This document shows positions 26,852 through 36,528 of a DNA stretch of 64,000 nt, in pieces. The notes under the pieces were generated by a model. It was given only the letters and a program-made list of their open reading frames with translations, searched no databases and had not been told where the DNA came from. This DNA comes from a virus. The DNA lies in IMG/VR virus record IMGVR_UViG_3300042894_004766, positions 1 to 64,000 of that record; one strand, 5' to 3'. The translations under genes were made by a program, and so were the position numbers. Positions within the stretch are counted from its first letter, which is position 1. Each line of letters begins with the position of its first letter.

Positions 26852-27367
26852 ATGAAATACATAAAATTATTTGAGGATATAGTTCCCGCACATCAAAGTG
26901 GGTCCGAATATAGAAATAGAAACACTGATGAAACTGTTGATGTTACTACATTAGATACAATGGTATTAAGATCACCAGTTTATAATAAAGGTGAGATAAT
27001 TATCTGGTCAGATAATGTAAAGAATAGAGATGTTGATTATGACTTTGCTGAAAAATTATTAAGAAGAGTAGGTCTTAAATTGATAGGAGAGCCTTATGAT
27101 GGTGGATTTTTAGTAAAATGTGAACCAGGAAAAGAAGAAGAGTCTGCAGAAAAAGTATTAGTTAGATTTCCTGAATTTTTTGATAGTTATGAAAGAGAAG
27201 ATATAAGAATGCCTTTTATATCAAATAAAGTAGAAGAAATAAAGGATAAAGTTGAAGATATAGAAAGATTCTTTGAAAGTACTTTACAAAGAAATGTAAA
27301 TGCTACTAAATATAATAAGTATATTGATGATATAATCAATGAACTTAATAATCTAAAAATAAAATAA
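26852..27367 (+). CDS. Hypothetical protein with MKYIKLFED N-terminal motif
   Basis: ORF after AATATATA. Confidence 0.7.
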   Translation: MKYIKLFEDIVPAHQSGSEYRNRNTDETVDVTTLDTMVLRSPVYNKGEIIIWSDNVKNRDVDYDFAEKLLRRVGLKLIGEPYDGGFLVKCEPGKEEESAEKVLVRFPEFFDSYEREDIRMPFISNKVEEIKDKVEDIERFFESTLQRNVNATKYNKYIDDIINELNNLKIK

Positions 27368-27414
27368 AAAGTCCTCATATGAGGACTTTTTATTAAACAA
27401 TTAGTAAAGTTGTG

Positions 27415-27753
27415 TTACTCACTAACCACAACCTCACGAATTTTTGTGAATTCACCACTACTTACAGCTTTGCTAATCCACCTGTTTAAATCTGAACCTT
27501 TCATTTCTGACTCGAATGTTGTTGTGCCTAAATCTTCTGATAGTTGAAGAGATTTAATAGTGATTTCTTTTAAAGTTTCTTCAGTTTCACCAATTGTTAG
27601 TATAGTTTTATTATCCTCAACCGTAGCAATAGGGAATTGGTAAACACCGTCAGCTAACTCTACTGTATAGTAAAGGTTACCACTAACATAGTGACTTAAT
27701 TTTGCCATTGCTTTAGATTTATATAAATCTTTTTTAATTTCGTTTAATTCCAT
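27415..27753 (-). CDS. Hypothetical protein
   Basis: 112-aa ORF. Confidence 0.7.
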   Translation of the reverse strand: MELNEIKKDLYKSKAMAKLSHYVSGNLYYTVELADGVYQFPIATVEDNKTILTIGETEETLKEITIKSLQLSEDLGTTTFESEMKGSDLNRWISKAVSSGEFTKIREVVVSE

Positions 27754-27774
27754 TGTTATTTTGTATTTTTAATG

Positions 27775-27848
27775 TGGTCCCACTTGGGCTCGAACCAAGG
27801 ACCTACTGATTATGAGTCAGCCGCTCTAACCGACTGAGCTATGGGACC
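27775..27848 (-). tRNA. tRNA-CAT, probably tRNA-Ile2 (lysidine-type)
   Basis: GGTCCCA TA GCTC AGTCGGTTA GAGC G GCTGA CTCATAA TCAGT...TGGGACC A; canonical cloverleaf. Confidence 0.9.
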
Positions 27849-27951
27849 ATTATGATATATATACTGTTATTTCGTATTTGTTTTACAAAATTACAAAAAA
27901 TAATTGAAAGAAAAAACTAAAATAAATAAAAAAATATACTACCTTTGTGAA

Positions 27952-28317
27952 ATGGAAATTATACAGCGACATGGCATTGCCTTTAAAGTAATAGAAAGAA
28001 AGATGAACTTTCCTTTCATAACTGATCGTGATGATATGTTATGTGAGGATGTCAGTTCATTCTATTCAGATCCAAACACACAATCTATTGTTTTAATTAG
28101 AGATAACTATTCTAAACCTATTATGACTTATCAAGATGTTCTTGATGAGATAGAGTATCTATATGATGATAGTATTCGCTGGAGAAGTGAAGAAACAAGA
28201 GATAGTTTAAGAATCTATTATAATAAGGTTTCTAATATAATGAAAACTTATAAAAGACAAGAACAAATAAATAAAGTATTAAATAGTAACGAATGTACAT
28301 TTCACCTAGCATGTTAA
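27952..28317 (+). CDS. Hypothetical protein with RQEQINKVL motif
   Basis: Start reassigned; TACCTTTG promoter at 27940-27947. Confidence 0.6.
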   Translation: MEIIQRHGIAFKVIERKMNFPFITDRDDMLCEDVSSFYSDPNTQSIVLIRDNYSKPIMTYQDVLDEIEYLYDDSIRWRSEETRDSLRIYYNKVSNIMKTYKRQEQINKVLNSNECTFHLAC

Positions 28318-28826
28318 AAAACAAATTATATTTATTCGATAAGTGGTTATCTAAAGATAGAAACACATTACTTGTTTTATTATTGGTTGTTAGTTCTACA
28401 CTTATGATTAATTATGAACCTACTCTTTTTTATGGTATTGGGTTACTATCAATTATATGTAGCTGGGTAGTTTTTGTAAAAGCAAAAATTTTAGGACAAG
28501 ATTGGAAACTTGATAAATCAGTTTATGATGTTCCACAAGAAGGTGAAGTTATAGTTACAACTAAAGACTTTTATTGGGATGGTTCATTAAAAAGTTATCA
28601 TGTTCAAAGTCATACAAGTAAACCTAATACTATTTTTATTAAAAAGGGTACCGAATTTAAAATTATTATCATTTCAGAAGGAAGTGAAGACTGGACTTTA
28701 TCCTTACATAGTCTAGACGGAATAAATATTGTACTTAGTTACTTAGAGTCAAGAAAGTATTACAAAACAAAGTCTCAAATTAGAGAAGAAAAATTAAAGA
28801 AATTATTAAGTAAAAAAATATGGTAA
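28293..28826 (+). CDS. Membrane protein with C-terminal REEKLKKLL motif
   Basis: Two TM helices. Confidence 0.65.
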   Translation: MYISPSMLKNKLYLFDKWLSKDRNTLLVLLLVVSSTLMINYEPTLFYGIGLLSIICSWVVFVKAKILGQDWKLDKSVYDVPQEGEVIVTTKDFYWDGSLKSYHVQSHTSKPNTIFIKKGTEFKIIIISEGSEDWTLSLHSLDGINIVLSYLESRKYYKTKSQIREEKLKKLLSKKIW

Positions 28827-29530
28827 AATTACTACCCGCAACATTCAAATGGGTTCCTAAATTAGATGATGTCATTAAGATAGCAGGAATACACCCAAGT
28901 CGTGTCTTCAATGTTTATATCTTTGGCTCTCGTGTGTATGGAAATTATGATGCTGCATCTGATTGGGATATTATAATGGTTGCTAATAACTCAGTTGAAG
29001 CAGTTGAATTAAATAAAACAGTACAAGACGAGTATTCATATAATATGAATAGTCGACTTATTCGTTATAACATTCATGTTTATACACCAGATAGATTTCA
29101 AAAGGATTTAGATTGGCATCGTATGAATAATCTTGAATGTATCTTTGCACCAGATTGGGCTAAGTTAAAAGAAGATAAGAAATATGAGTTTAAATTAGAC
29201 TTAAAAAAATTAAGACACGCTTCATCACATATTAGCTCTAATTCTTGGGTAAAATGTAAGAAAAAAATATTGATTGATGATCAGTATCGTACTGCTATAA
29301 AATCATTCTTTCATTCGATTAGAATACCTATGTTTGCTACACAAATTGCTAGATATGGTAAAATTACTGACTTTACAACTGCAAATTTTATTTGGAGAAG
29401 ACTTATGTTTGATGAAGTTCCTAATTATCAAAAAAAAGATAGTAGATGGGATTGGGAATCATTGAATATGGAATTCAAAATTACATATAATCTTATGTTA
29501 AGTTTATTTAGAAAAGTAACTGATAAATAA
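28820..29530 (+). CDS. Pol-beta superfamily nucleotidyltransferase
   Basis: FGSRVYG...SDWDII. Confidence 0.82.
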   Translation: MVKLLPATFKWVPKLDDVIKIAGIHPSRVFNVYIFGSRVYGNYDAASDWDIIMVANNSVEAVELNKTVQDEYSYNMNSRLIRYNIHVYTPDRFQKDLDWHRMNNLECIFAPDWAKLKEDKKYEFKLDLKKLRHASSHISSNSWVKCKKKILIDDQYRTAIKSFFHSIRIPMFATQIARYGKITDFTTANFIWRRLMFDEVPNYQKKDSRWDWESLNMEFKITYNLMLSLFRKVTDK

Positions 29531-29766
29531 TGGAAGAAGAATTAGAAAAATTATATCAAGATTTACTTACAAATAGACAAATCTATAGAGGACAAGGTTT
29601 ATTACAAGCTAGTCCACCACAACCATATCAAAATTTGATTGATAATCCAACTGCTATAAATTATGATTTTACTTCTTTGTATCCAAGTGTTCAGAAAAAG
29701 TATTATTATAAAATAAGTATGAAAGTTCCTATTAGAAAAAGAAAGATTAGAAATATATTTCAATAA
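29530..29766 (+). CDS. Small protein containing a PolB motif-A-like peptide (YDFTSLYPS)
   Basis: 78-aa ORF; C-terminal RKRKIRNIF. Confidence 0.55.
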   Translation: MEEELEKLYQDLLTNRQIYRGQGLLQASPPQPYQNLIDNPTAINYDFTSLYPSVQKKYYYKISMKVPIRKRKIRNIFQ

Positions 29767-29778
29767 AAAAACCCATCA

Positions 29779-30135
29779 TTAAGATGGGTTTTTTAGTATT
29801 CGTTCTAATTTATATTCTCTTCTTAGTATCTGTTTATTTAGTAAGTCTAATTTTAGAGGATTATATCCACTCTTTAATATCATTGGTGAATATCCATATG
29901 TAATCTTTGGTTCTATAAGTACTGTATAAAAACCACCCACATTTAATATGTACTCTTTTATTTCATATTCTATATGAGAGAGATATGTTGGTGCAAAGAA
30001 TTTACACCTCCATCCGATTGGATACCACTTTTCTAGTATTTGTAATTGTATTTCTACTGGTGTTTTACTAAAACGATTTGTTTCATTGGATTCATAATTC
30101 CAAAAAGCTAATGCTTTCTTACCAAATGTACTCAT
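29779..30135 (-). CDS. Hypothetical protein with C-terminal REYKLERIL motif
   Basis: ORF; TATATTTG upstream. Confidence 0.65.
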   Translation of the reverse strand: MSTFGKKALAFWNYESNETNRFSKTPVEIQLQILEKWYPIGWRCKFFAPTYLSHIEYEIKEYILNVGGFYTVLIEPKITYGYSPMILKSGYNPLKLDLLNKQILRREYKLERILKNPS

Positions 30136-30213
30136 TATATATAATTTTCACAAATATAAGTATAATTTATGAGAATGAAATAATAATATATAATAAAAAA
30201 TTATATTATAATA

Positions 30214-31653
30214 ATGTTAAAAAAATATATTGATTTTATAACTGAATCTCACGATTTAATAACAGAATCACAATTGATTGAACTTTTATTAGAATCTGAT
30301 GTAATGTTTTCGGATAATTTTAAGAAGGTATTAGGTAAAATTGATAGTCCTGTTGCTAAAAAGATTCTAGGATTGGAAAAGAAAGACTTACCAGTAGTTG
30401 CTAACTACTTTGATATAGATCCAAAAAGAAATGATTATCTATATTTTACTCCAGATAGAAAAGCTCAAGAGATTTTAAATGATCCAAAAGAATTATATCG
30501 TTTTGTAGGAAATAATGGTGGATGGCTAACTCATGGTGAAGCTAATAATGCAATTTTTGGTAGATTAGGATATGTTCCACAAGGTGATGTTTATAGACCT
30601 ACATCAGCTGAAGTTGGTGAAGTTGTTGAGCAGATAGTTTCAGAGAAATCTGGTAAAACTTGGGTTTGGTTAAAATTCCAAAATGGTCAAGGTGTTTTCA
30701 ATTTAGAGAAATTAAGAACTGTTGATGATAGACATAAGTTAGTTTGGTCAAAAAATCGTCAAGATGTTAGAGTAGGTAGATCAATGAATGCTCTTTTAAC
30801 TTTAGCTGCTAAAGAAGATGATGCGGCTAAATTTACTGCAAGAGAAGTTGAGATCTTTGTAAATTTATATAAAGCACAGATGGATAAATTCAATGATAAA
30901 TTCTCATTTTTTGATGTTGTTCAAGGAGATGAAATTTATGATAGATACCAATATGGTAATTACTATGATGCAAGTGGTACATTAGCAAACTCTTGTATGG
31001 CAGAGGCAGACTCTAGTTGGTTATCACCATATACTGAAAATAAAACTGTATCATTGGTTATTTATAAATCACAAGATGATGATAGTAAAATTATTGGTCG
31101 TGCTATTCTTTGGGAATGTTTAGATGGTAAGAAATTAATGGATAGAGTTTACACTAATTCTGATTCTGATGTTGAGTTATTTAGACAATTTGCACAAGAT
31201 AGTGGTTGGTGGTATAAATCAAATAATAATAGTTCTTACACTATAAATGCAGTAGGACCAGAAGGTCAAAACATTGATCGTTTAGTAGTTCAAGTTCAAT
31301 TACAAAAAAGACATGAGAATTTTCCTTATATGGATACTTTAAAATTCTATAGTCCAGAAACAGGAATTATATCAAATGAAAATCCAGAAAGTGGAGTAGT
31401 TTATTATTGTGAATCAACTGAAGGTTATTATGATAAGCTTTGTTCAACTTGTGAACAAGATGGTACTATTACTTGTAGAACTTGTGATGGTGATGGTGAA
31501 GAAGTTTGTACTGAATGTAATGGAGACGGTGAAGTAGAAACTGATGGAGAATCAACAGAATGTTCAACTTGTGGTGGTGAAGGTAGACAAACTTGTTCAC
31601 AATGTGATGGTGATGAACAGGTTACTTGTCCAGACTGTGAAAATGATTACTAA
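30214..31653 (+). CDS. SCM/DRVY/PYMD domain protein with 6 CxxC repeats (paralog 2)
   Basis: NSCM, GRAILW, MDRVY, PYMDT. Confidence 0.8.
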   Translation: MLKKYIDFITESHDLITESQLIELLLESDVMFSDNFKKVLGKIDSPVAKKILGLEKKDLPVVANYFDIDPKRNDYLYFTPDRKAQEILNDPKELYRFVGNNGGWLTHGEANNAIFGRLGYVPQGDVYRPTSAEVGEVVEQIVSEKSGKTWVWLKFQNGQGVFNLEKLRTVDDRHKLVWSKNRQDVRVGRSMNALLTLAAKEDDAAKFTAREVEIFVNLYKAQMDKFNDKFSFFDVVQGDEIYDRYQYGNYYDASGTLANSCMAEADSSWLSPYTENKTVSLVIYKSQDDDSKIIGRAILWECLDGKKLMDRVYTNSDSDVELFRQFAQDSGWWYKSNNNSSYTINAVGPEGQNIDRLVVQVQLQKRHENFPYMDTLKFYSPETGIISNENPESGVVYYCESTEGYYDKLCSTCEQDGTITCRTCDGDGEEVCTECNGDGEVETDGESTECSTCGGEGRQTCSQCDGDEQVTCPDCENDY

Positions 31654-31715
31654 AAAGAAATTAAAAATCCCTTTTTAAAGGGATTTTTTCATGATACTAA
31701 TTTAATATATAAATT

Positions 31716-33122
31716 ATGATTTCAAAATATTTAGATTTTATTACAGAAAGTAAACTAGAACTTCTTTTAGAAGCAAAAATAGTATTTACTACTAATTTTA
31801 TGGAAGTTTTAGATAAAATAGATTCTCCTATTTCTAGAAAACTTATAGCCCTTCGAGGAGATGATAAAGATATTGATAGAAATTATATTGATATAAATAA
31901 AGATAAGATTGATAGTGTTTTCTTTAAACCACAAGATAAGATTGATAAAGTAGATTATAAATTAGTAAGTAGTGGTTCTGTTTATGATAATCTATCTATT
32001 ATGGCACAAAAACAAGGTTTATTAAATAAATTTGTAGATCCTAGAAATGGTGAGAAAGGTAAAATTATTAAAGAATTAACTATAGATGAACTAAATAAAA
32101 TATCACCTAGTAATGTTTGGAACTATATTTATAATAATGGTGATGGAATTGTTATTTTTGAATTTGGAACACAAACCAATTACTTTCAAGCACTTACTAC
32201 AAAAAGTAATTTAGTACCAGACTATGCTTCGATAAGAAGTACTGATGTGAATGTAGGTAGATTTGTTAGAGCATTTTTAACAAAACTAGGTGAGAAGTTT
32301 ACTGATATAGAAATTGAAAGTTTTGTTGATCAGTATAAGAAGGTAATGCAAATGAAAACTGATATATTTTCAAGATTTAAAGAAGTTAAAGGAGAAGATA
32401 TAAAACACTATTATTTAGTAGATAATTATGAATCAGAATCCGGTGCTTTAGGTGGTTCTTGTATGCGTCATAGTAGATGCCAAGATTATTTTGATATTTA
32501 TGTTAATAATCCTGATAAGGTATCGTTGGTTATTTTATTAAGTGAACAAGATTCTTCAAAAGTTGCAGCAAGAGCCATTCTTTGGCTAGATGATAATGAT
32601 AGACGAATTATGGATAGAATCTACACTATTAGAACTGCTGATATACTTTTATTTACCGAGTATTGTAATTCAAAAGGTTATCTTCATAAAGAAAGTCAAA
32701 CTTATAGTTCAACTACACCACTTGTTGATAATGGTATTGAATTGGATGAACATGATTCAAAAGTAGTTATTACTTTAAATAAAGGTGAATATAGCCCTTA
32801 TCCTTATATGGATACTATGAAATATTATAGTCCAGAGACTGGTGTGATTTCTAATCGTTATATTAGAACTGCAAATGGTTGTATTGAATTAACTGATACA
32901 GATGGTGGTCCTCATGAAGATGAAGGATGTGATATTTGTTATGGTGAGAGTTATGTTGATTGTCCAGAGTGTCAGGGTAGTGAAGAAATAGATTGTTCTA
33001 ATTGTGGTGGATCAGGTGGAGATGCTACTGGTGAGGCTTGTAGTGTGTGTCATGGTGGTGGAATGGTTCGTTGTGATATATGTAATGGTAACGGTCGAGT
33101 TGATTGTCCAGAATGTAGTTAA
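31716..33122 (+). CDS. SCM/DRIY/PYMD domain protein with 6 CxxC repeats (paralog 3)
   Basis: GSCM, ARAILW, MDRIY, PYMDT. Confidence 0.8.
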   Translation: MISKYLDFITESKLELLLEAKIVFTTNFMEVLDKIDSPISRKLIALRGDDKDIDRNYIDINKDKIDSVFFKPQDKIDKVDYKLVSSGSVYDNLSIMAQKQGLLNKFVDPRNGEKGKIIKELTIDELNKISPSNVWNYIYNNGDGIVIFEFGTQTNYFQALTTKSNLVPDYASIRSTDVNVGRFVRAFLTKLGEKFTDIEIESFVDQYKKVMQMKTDIFSRFKEVKGEDIKHYYLVDNYESESGALGGSCMRHSRCQDYFDIYVNNPDKVSLVILLSEQDSSKVAARAILWLDDNDRRIMDRIYTIRTADILLFTEYCNSKGYLHKESQTYSSTTPLVDNGIELDEHDSKVVITLNKGEYSPYPYMDTMKYYSPETGVISNRYIRTANGCIELTDTDGGPHEDEGCDICYGESYVDCPECQGSEEIDCSNCGGSGGDATGEACSVCHGGGMVRCDICNGNGRVDCPECS

Positions 33123-33154
33123 AAATAAAAAACCCACTTTTCAGTGGGTTTTAA

Positions 33155-33895
33155 TTATTTCTTTAAGATTTCTTTTGTGTAGTAATCTTCAAAACCATCT
33201 AGGTAAGTAGTAATTGGTGTTGATTTATCAGTTATAATGATTTCATCAATAAAACCAAAGTCTAAGGCTTCTTGTGAGTTTAACCAATTATCTCTTCTTG
33301 CACTTTCAAGTACATAATCAAAATCTCTACCACTATTCTCTGCAAGCATCTTGAATAAGATATAGTTATATTTTTCTGATTCCATTTGAGATATACGATT
33401 ATCTTCAACGTGTCCTGATGCCCCAGAAGAAACTTGATGTATCATTACTTTAGAGAAGTTTAATGATGCTCTTTTACCTTTAGTCCCAGATGATAATAAT
33501 ATAGAACCCATAGATGCTGCCATACCTGTATTGATAGTTTCAACATCAGAGTTGATATATCTCATAACATCAACCATGCCTAATCCGGCTAAAACTGAAC
33601 CACCTGGTGAGTCAATGTGCATTTTAATGTCTTTTTTCTCAACAGAGTCTAAATACATCAATTGAGCTTGAACAACAGTTGACATTTGTGTATTTACAAC
33701 ACCTGCAACCCATAATATACGATCTCTCATGAGTCTACTAAAGATATCCATCTGAGTAACTCTCATTTCTCTTTCTTCAAGAATGTAAGGGGTCATACTA
33801 TTCTCTACTAATCCTTTCTCGAAGTAATGTAAGTTCATAGAAGAAATACCTTCACTTAAAGCGTATTTTTTAAAATCTTTTCCAAAATCTGTCAT
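33155..33895 (-). CDS. clpP: ATP-dependent Clp protease proteolytic subunit
   Basis: DIFSRLMRDRI, DSPGGSV, AASMG, MIHQ, RDNW. Confidence 0.95.
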   Translation of the reverse strand: MTDFGKDFKKYALSEGISSMNLHYFEKGLVENSMTPYILEEREMRVTQMDIFSRLMRDRILWVAGVVNTQMSTVVQAQLMYLDSVEKKDIKMHIDSPGGSVLAGLGMVDVMRYINSDVETINTGMAASMGSILLSSGTKGKRASLNFSKVMIHQVSSGASGHVEDNRISQMESEKYNYILFKMLAENSGRDFDYVLESARRDNWLNSQEALDFGFIDEIIITDKSTPITTYLDGFEDYYTKEILKK

Positions 33896-34015
33896 ATTTT
33901 TAAATTTAAAGTTTATTAAGTTAATATATTGAAATATGATAAAAGTTTATCAAAAATATTTTTTTATTATCATTTACTTTTCCATATCTTTGTTTTTTAA
34001 ACTAAAAAAATATAT

Positions 34016-34615
34016 ATGAAAAACTCGTTCAAGTTATTTGATTTTATGGGAACCCCTGTTTACTTAAAGTATTGGTTCTTTGCTTTATTTGCAATACTTT
34101 TTATGCAATATGATTTTAATACTTCTTTAGATTGGTTCTTATCAATCTTTGTTGCGGTCTTAATACATGAATTAGCACATACCGCAGTTGCTAAGCAATT
34201 AAATCATTCCGTGGAACATGTTTACTTAGATGTATTTAATGGTGCTGCCGCGATTGATACTACTTATTCTCCTTATAATCAAACAATCTTAATTGTTGCT
34301 GCAGGTCCTTTGTCGAACTTAATATTGTATTTTATTGGTTCTTATTTAGGATTAGATATATTTGCACAAGTGAATATGTTTTTATTTATCTTTAATATTT
34401 TACCTATTTACCCAATGGATGGTGGTCGAATTTGTAAAGCAATTTGTCAATGGGTAACTAAACCTTCGATTGGAAGAAAAATCAATGGATATATCTCAAT
34501 TATTTGTAGTTCACTACTATTTATTGTATCCATTATGACTATTAATGTTATTATGGCCATATTTGCTGTCTTTTTTATCTTTCTTTCATATAAAGAAATA
34601 GAACAAAAATATTAA
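34016..34615 (+). CDS. Site-2 (M50) intramembrane metalloprotease
   Basis: HELAH, AGPLSN, NILPIYPMDGG. Confidence 0.9.
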   Translation: MKNSFKLFDFMGTPVYLKYWFFALFAILFMQYDFNTSLDWFLSIFVAVLIHELAHTAVAKQLNHSVEHVYLDVFNGAAAIDTTYSPYNQTILIVAAGPLSNLILYFIGSYLGLDIFAQVNMFLFIFNILPIYPMDGGRICKAICQWVTKPSIGRKINGYISIICSSLLFIVSIMTINVIMAIFAVFFIFLSYKEIEQKY

Positions 34616-34617
34616 AA

Positions 34618-35127
34618 ATGTTAGACATTGGTAAAACAAATCTTTTCTTAAATGATAAAGCTAATTATGTTGTTAGTCAACTAATAGATGATTATGATCT
34701 TATGGGTCACAATTGTTTGTTTTTAACTCATAAGAATGATTCTATTCATCTTAAATGTGCGTCTTGTACTTATACTACTTATGATTCAATACCAGATATT
34801 TTATCTGAGAATTTATTTAGAGTGAATATTATTATTGTTGAGTCAAATAGAAAATTTAATTTTTTACTTGATTCTATAAGAGAAGTAACAGATTTACCAG
34901 TTATTATAGTTACTGATGATTTATCATATGATTACCCAGATTATAAATTTGATTATATTTATAAACTAGAAAGAGATAGAACTTTCTCATTAAGTATGGA
35001 TAAATTTGAAGAAGACTTTTTAAATAACTCACATATTAGTGATATTAAAAATAATTGGAATATGTCATTAGCAGGTTTAAGAACACAATACATTAGAGAT
35101 AAAAAAATTAACGATTTATTAAAATAA
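34618..35127 (+). CDS. Hypothetical protein with C-terminal RDKKINDLL motif
   Basis: ORF. Confidence 0.65.
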   Translation: MLDIGKTNLFLNDKANYVVSQLIDDYDLMGHNCLFLTHKNDSIHLKCASCTYTTYDSIPDILSENLFRVNIIIVESNRKFNFLLDSIREVTDLPVIIVTDDLSYDYPDYKFDYIYKLERDRTFSLSMDKFEEDFLNNSHISDIKNNWNMSLAGLRTQYIRDKKINDLLK

Positions 35128-35129
35128 AA

Positions 35130-35555
35130 ATGAAAGCACACGTAATTGTAAAAAAAGGATATGAATATGATGATAGTATCTATTCAGAGTCAGAGGGTGG
35201 AAATCCAGAACTTATTTGCTTCTCAAAAGAAGATGCAGATAAAAAAGTAAATGAGTTAAATAAACAAGAATTTAAAACAAGTTCACTTAGTCATTATTCA
35301 TATGATTTAGAGGATATATTAGATGTTGATATTGAAGAGTATCAGAATTTTAACAAATCTTTGATTGAAAAGTATGGTGAGATAAAAAAAAGAAATTCTT
35401 GGGATGATTCTCAGAATATCTTACATCCAATGGCAAACGATGATGAAACTGAACAATATATGAAAATGACATGTTTGAGTTTTTACGAAGTTAAGGCTAC
35501 AGACATTGATGTTCAAAGTTTCAGAGATTATAAAATCAATGAAGTTTTAAAATAA
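35130..35555 (+). CDS. Hypothetical protein with C-terminal RDYKINEVL motif
   Basis: ORF. Confidence 0.65.
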   Translation: MKAHVIVKKGYEYDDSIYSESEGGNPELICFSKEDADKKVNELNKQEFKTSSLSHYSYDLEDILDVDIEEYQNFNKSLIEKYGEIKKRNSWDDSQNILHPMANDDETEQYMKMTCLSFYEVKATDIDVQSFRDYKINEVLK

Positions 35556-35581
35556 GAAAATGAAGAAAGAATATATATGTT

Positions 35582-36463
35582 ATGAAATATATATTCTTTC
35601 TTTTTTTATTTATATTATTTTCTTGTAAAAGTAAGATGTCTACTGAAAGTTCAACTCCACCTGATCGGTTAGAAAGATTTTTTGATTATGATAAAGATGG
35701 TGTTGCTGACAAAGATGATAAATGTCCTGATATAAAAGGTAGTAGAGAAAATATGGGTTGTCCTGATGTTGAAAGTGAAAAGTATTCCGGAACAAAAGAT
35801 AGTATTGTTAAATCACCAAAAGAACCAGAAATAGTTGATAATAAAGATATAAAGAGTAAAAATGTTACAAAAACTAAGGTAAAAAATGATACACCGATAA
35901 TTAAACCAAGTGAAATTAGACCTAGAGGTTTAATTGCTTACTCTGTCCCTACTGAAATGGAAGTTGGTGATGATTACTTAGTAAAAGTAAGAATAAGTAA
36001 GAAGGATGATAGAACAGTTTTATTAGTTGGTGATAGAGAAATTCCTATATCAGATAATTTAGAAGATGTTAGAGTTGAATCCATAACAGTTTCTCCAATA
36101 ATGTCTGCAAGTTTATTATCAAGTAAAAGAGATTTTGAAATAACTTCATTATCAACAGAAATTCAAAATATAGATGATGAGGGATATACTGAATGGAGTT
36201 GGAGTGTAATTCCTTTACAAGGTGGTGAAAATAATTTAAAACTTAATGTAAAAATTAGAATACAAGAAGAAGGTAAAGACTATTATAAGGATATTACCGT
36301 CTTTGAGAGAAAGATAAAAGTCAAGTCTAATCTGGGTTCCAGTATAAAAGACTTTATATTCAAAAACTGGGAGTGGTTTATGGGTGTAATTTTTATTCCA
36401 CTTTTTCAATGGTTTTGGCTATTGTGGAAGAGAAGAAAAGAAAAAAAAGAAGAAGATGTTTAA
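35582..36463 (+). CDS. Lipoprotein with thrombospondin type-3-like repeat and C-terminal TM helix
   Basis: Lipobox LFS-C, DYDKDGVADKDDKCP, C-terminal WFMGVIFIPLFQWFWLLW-KRRK. Confidence 0.75.
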   Translation: MKYIFFLFLFILFSCKSKMSTESSTPPDRLERFFDYDKDGVADKDDKCPDIKGSRENMGCPDVESEKYSGTKDSIVKSPKEPEIVDNKDIKSKNVTKTKVKNDTPIIKPSEIRPRGLIAYSVPTEMEVGDDYLVKVRISKKDDRTVLLVGDREIPISDNLEDVRVESITVSPIMSASLLSSKRDFEITSLSTEIQNIDDEGYTEWSWSVIPLQGGENNLKLNVKIRIQEEGKDYYKDITVFERKIKVKSNLGSSIKDFIFKNWEWFMGVIFIPLFQWFWLLWKRRKEKKEEDV

Positions 36464-36528
36464 TTACATCTTTTTTTATTATAAACATAATTGTATAATT
36501 TGAATACAAATAAAAATAAATAAATATT

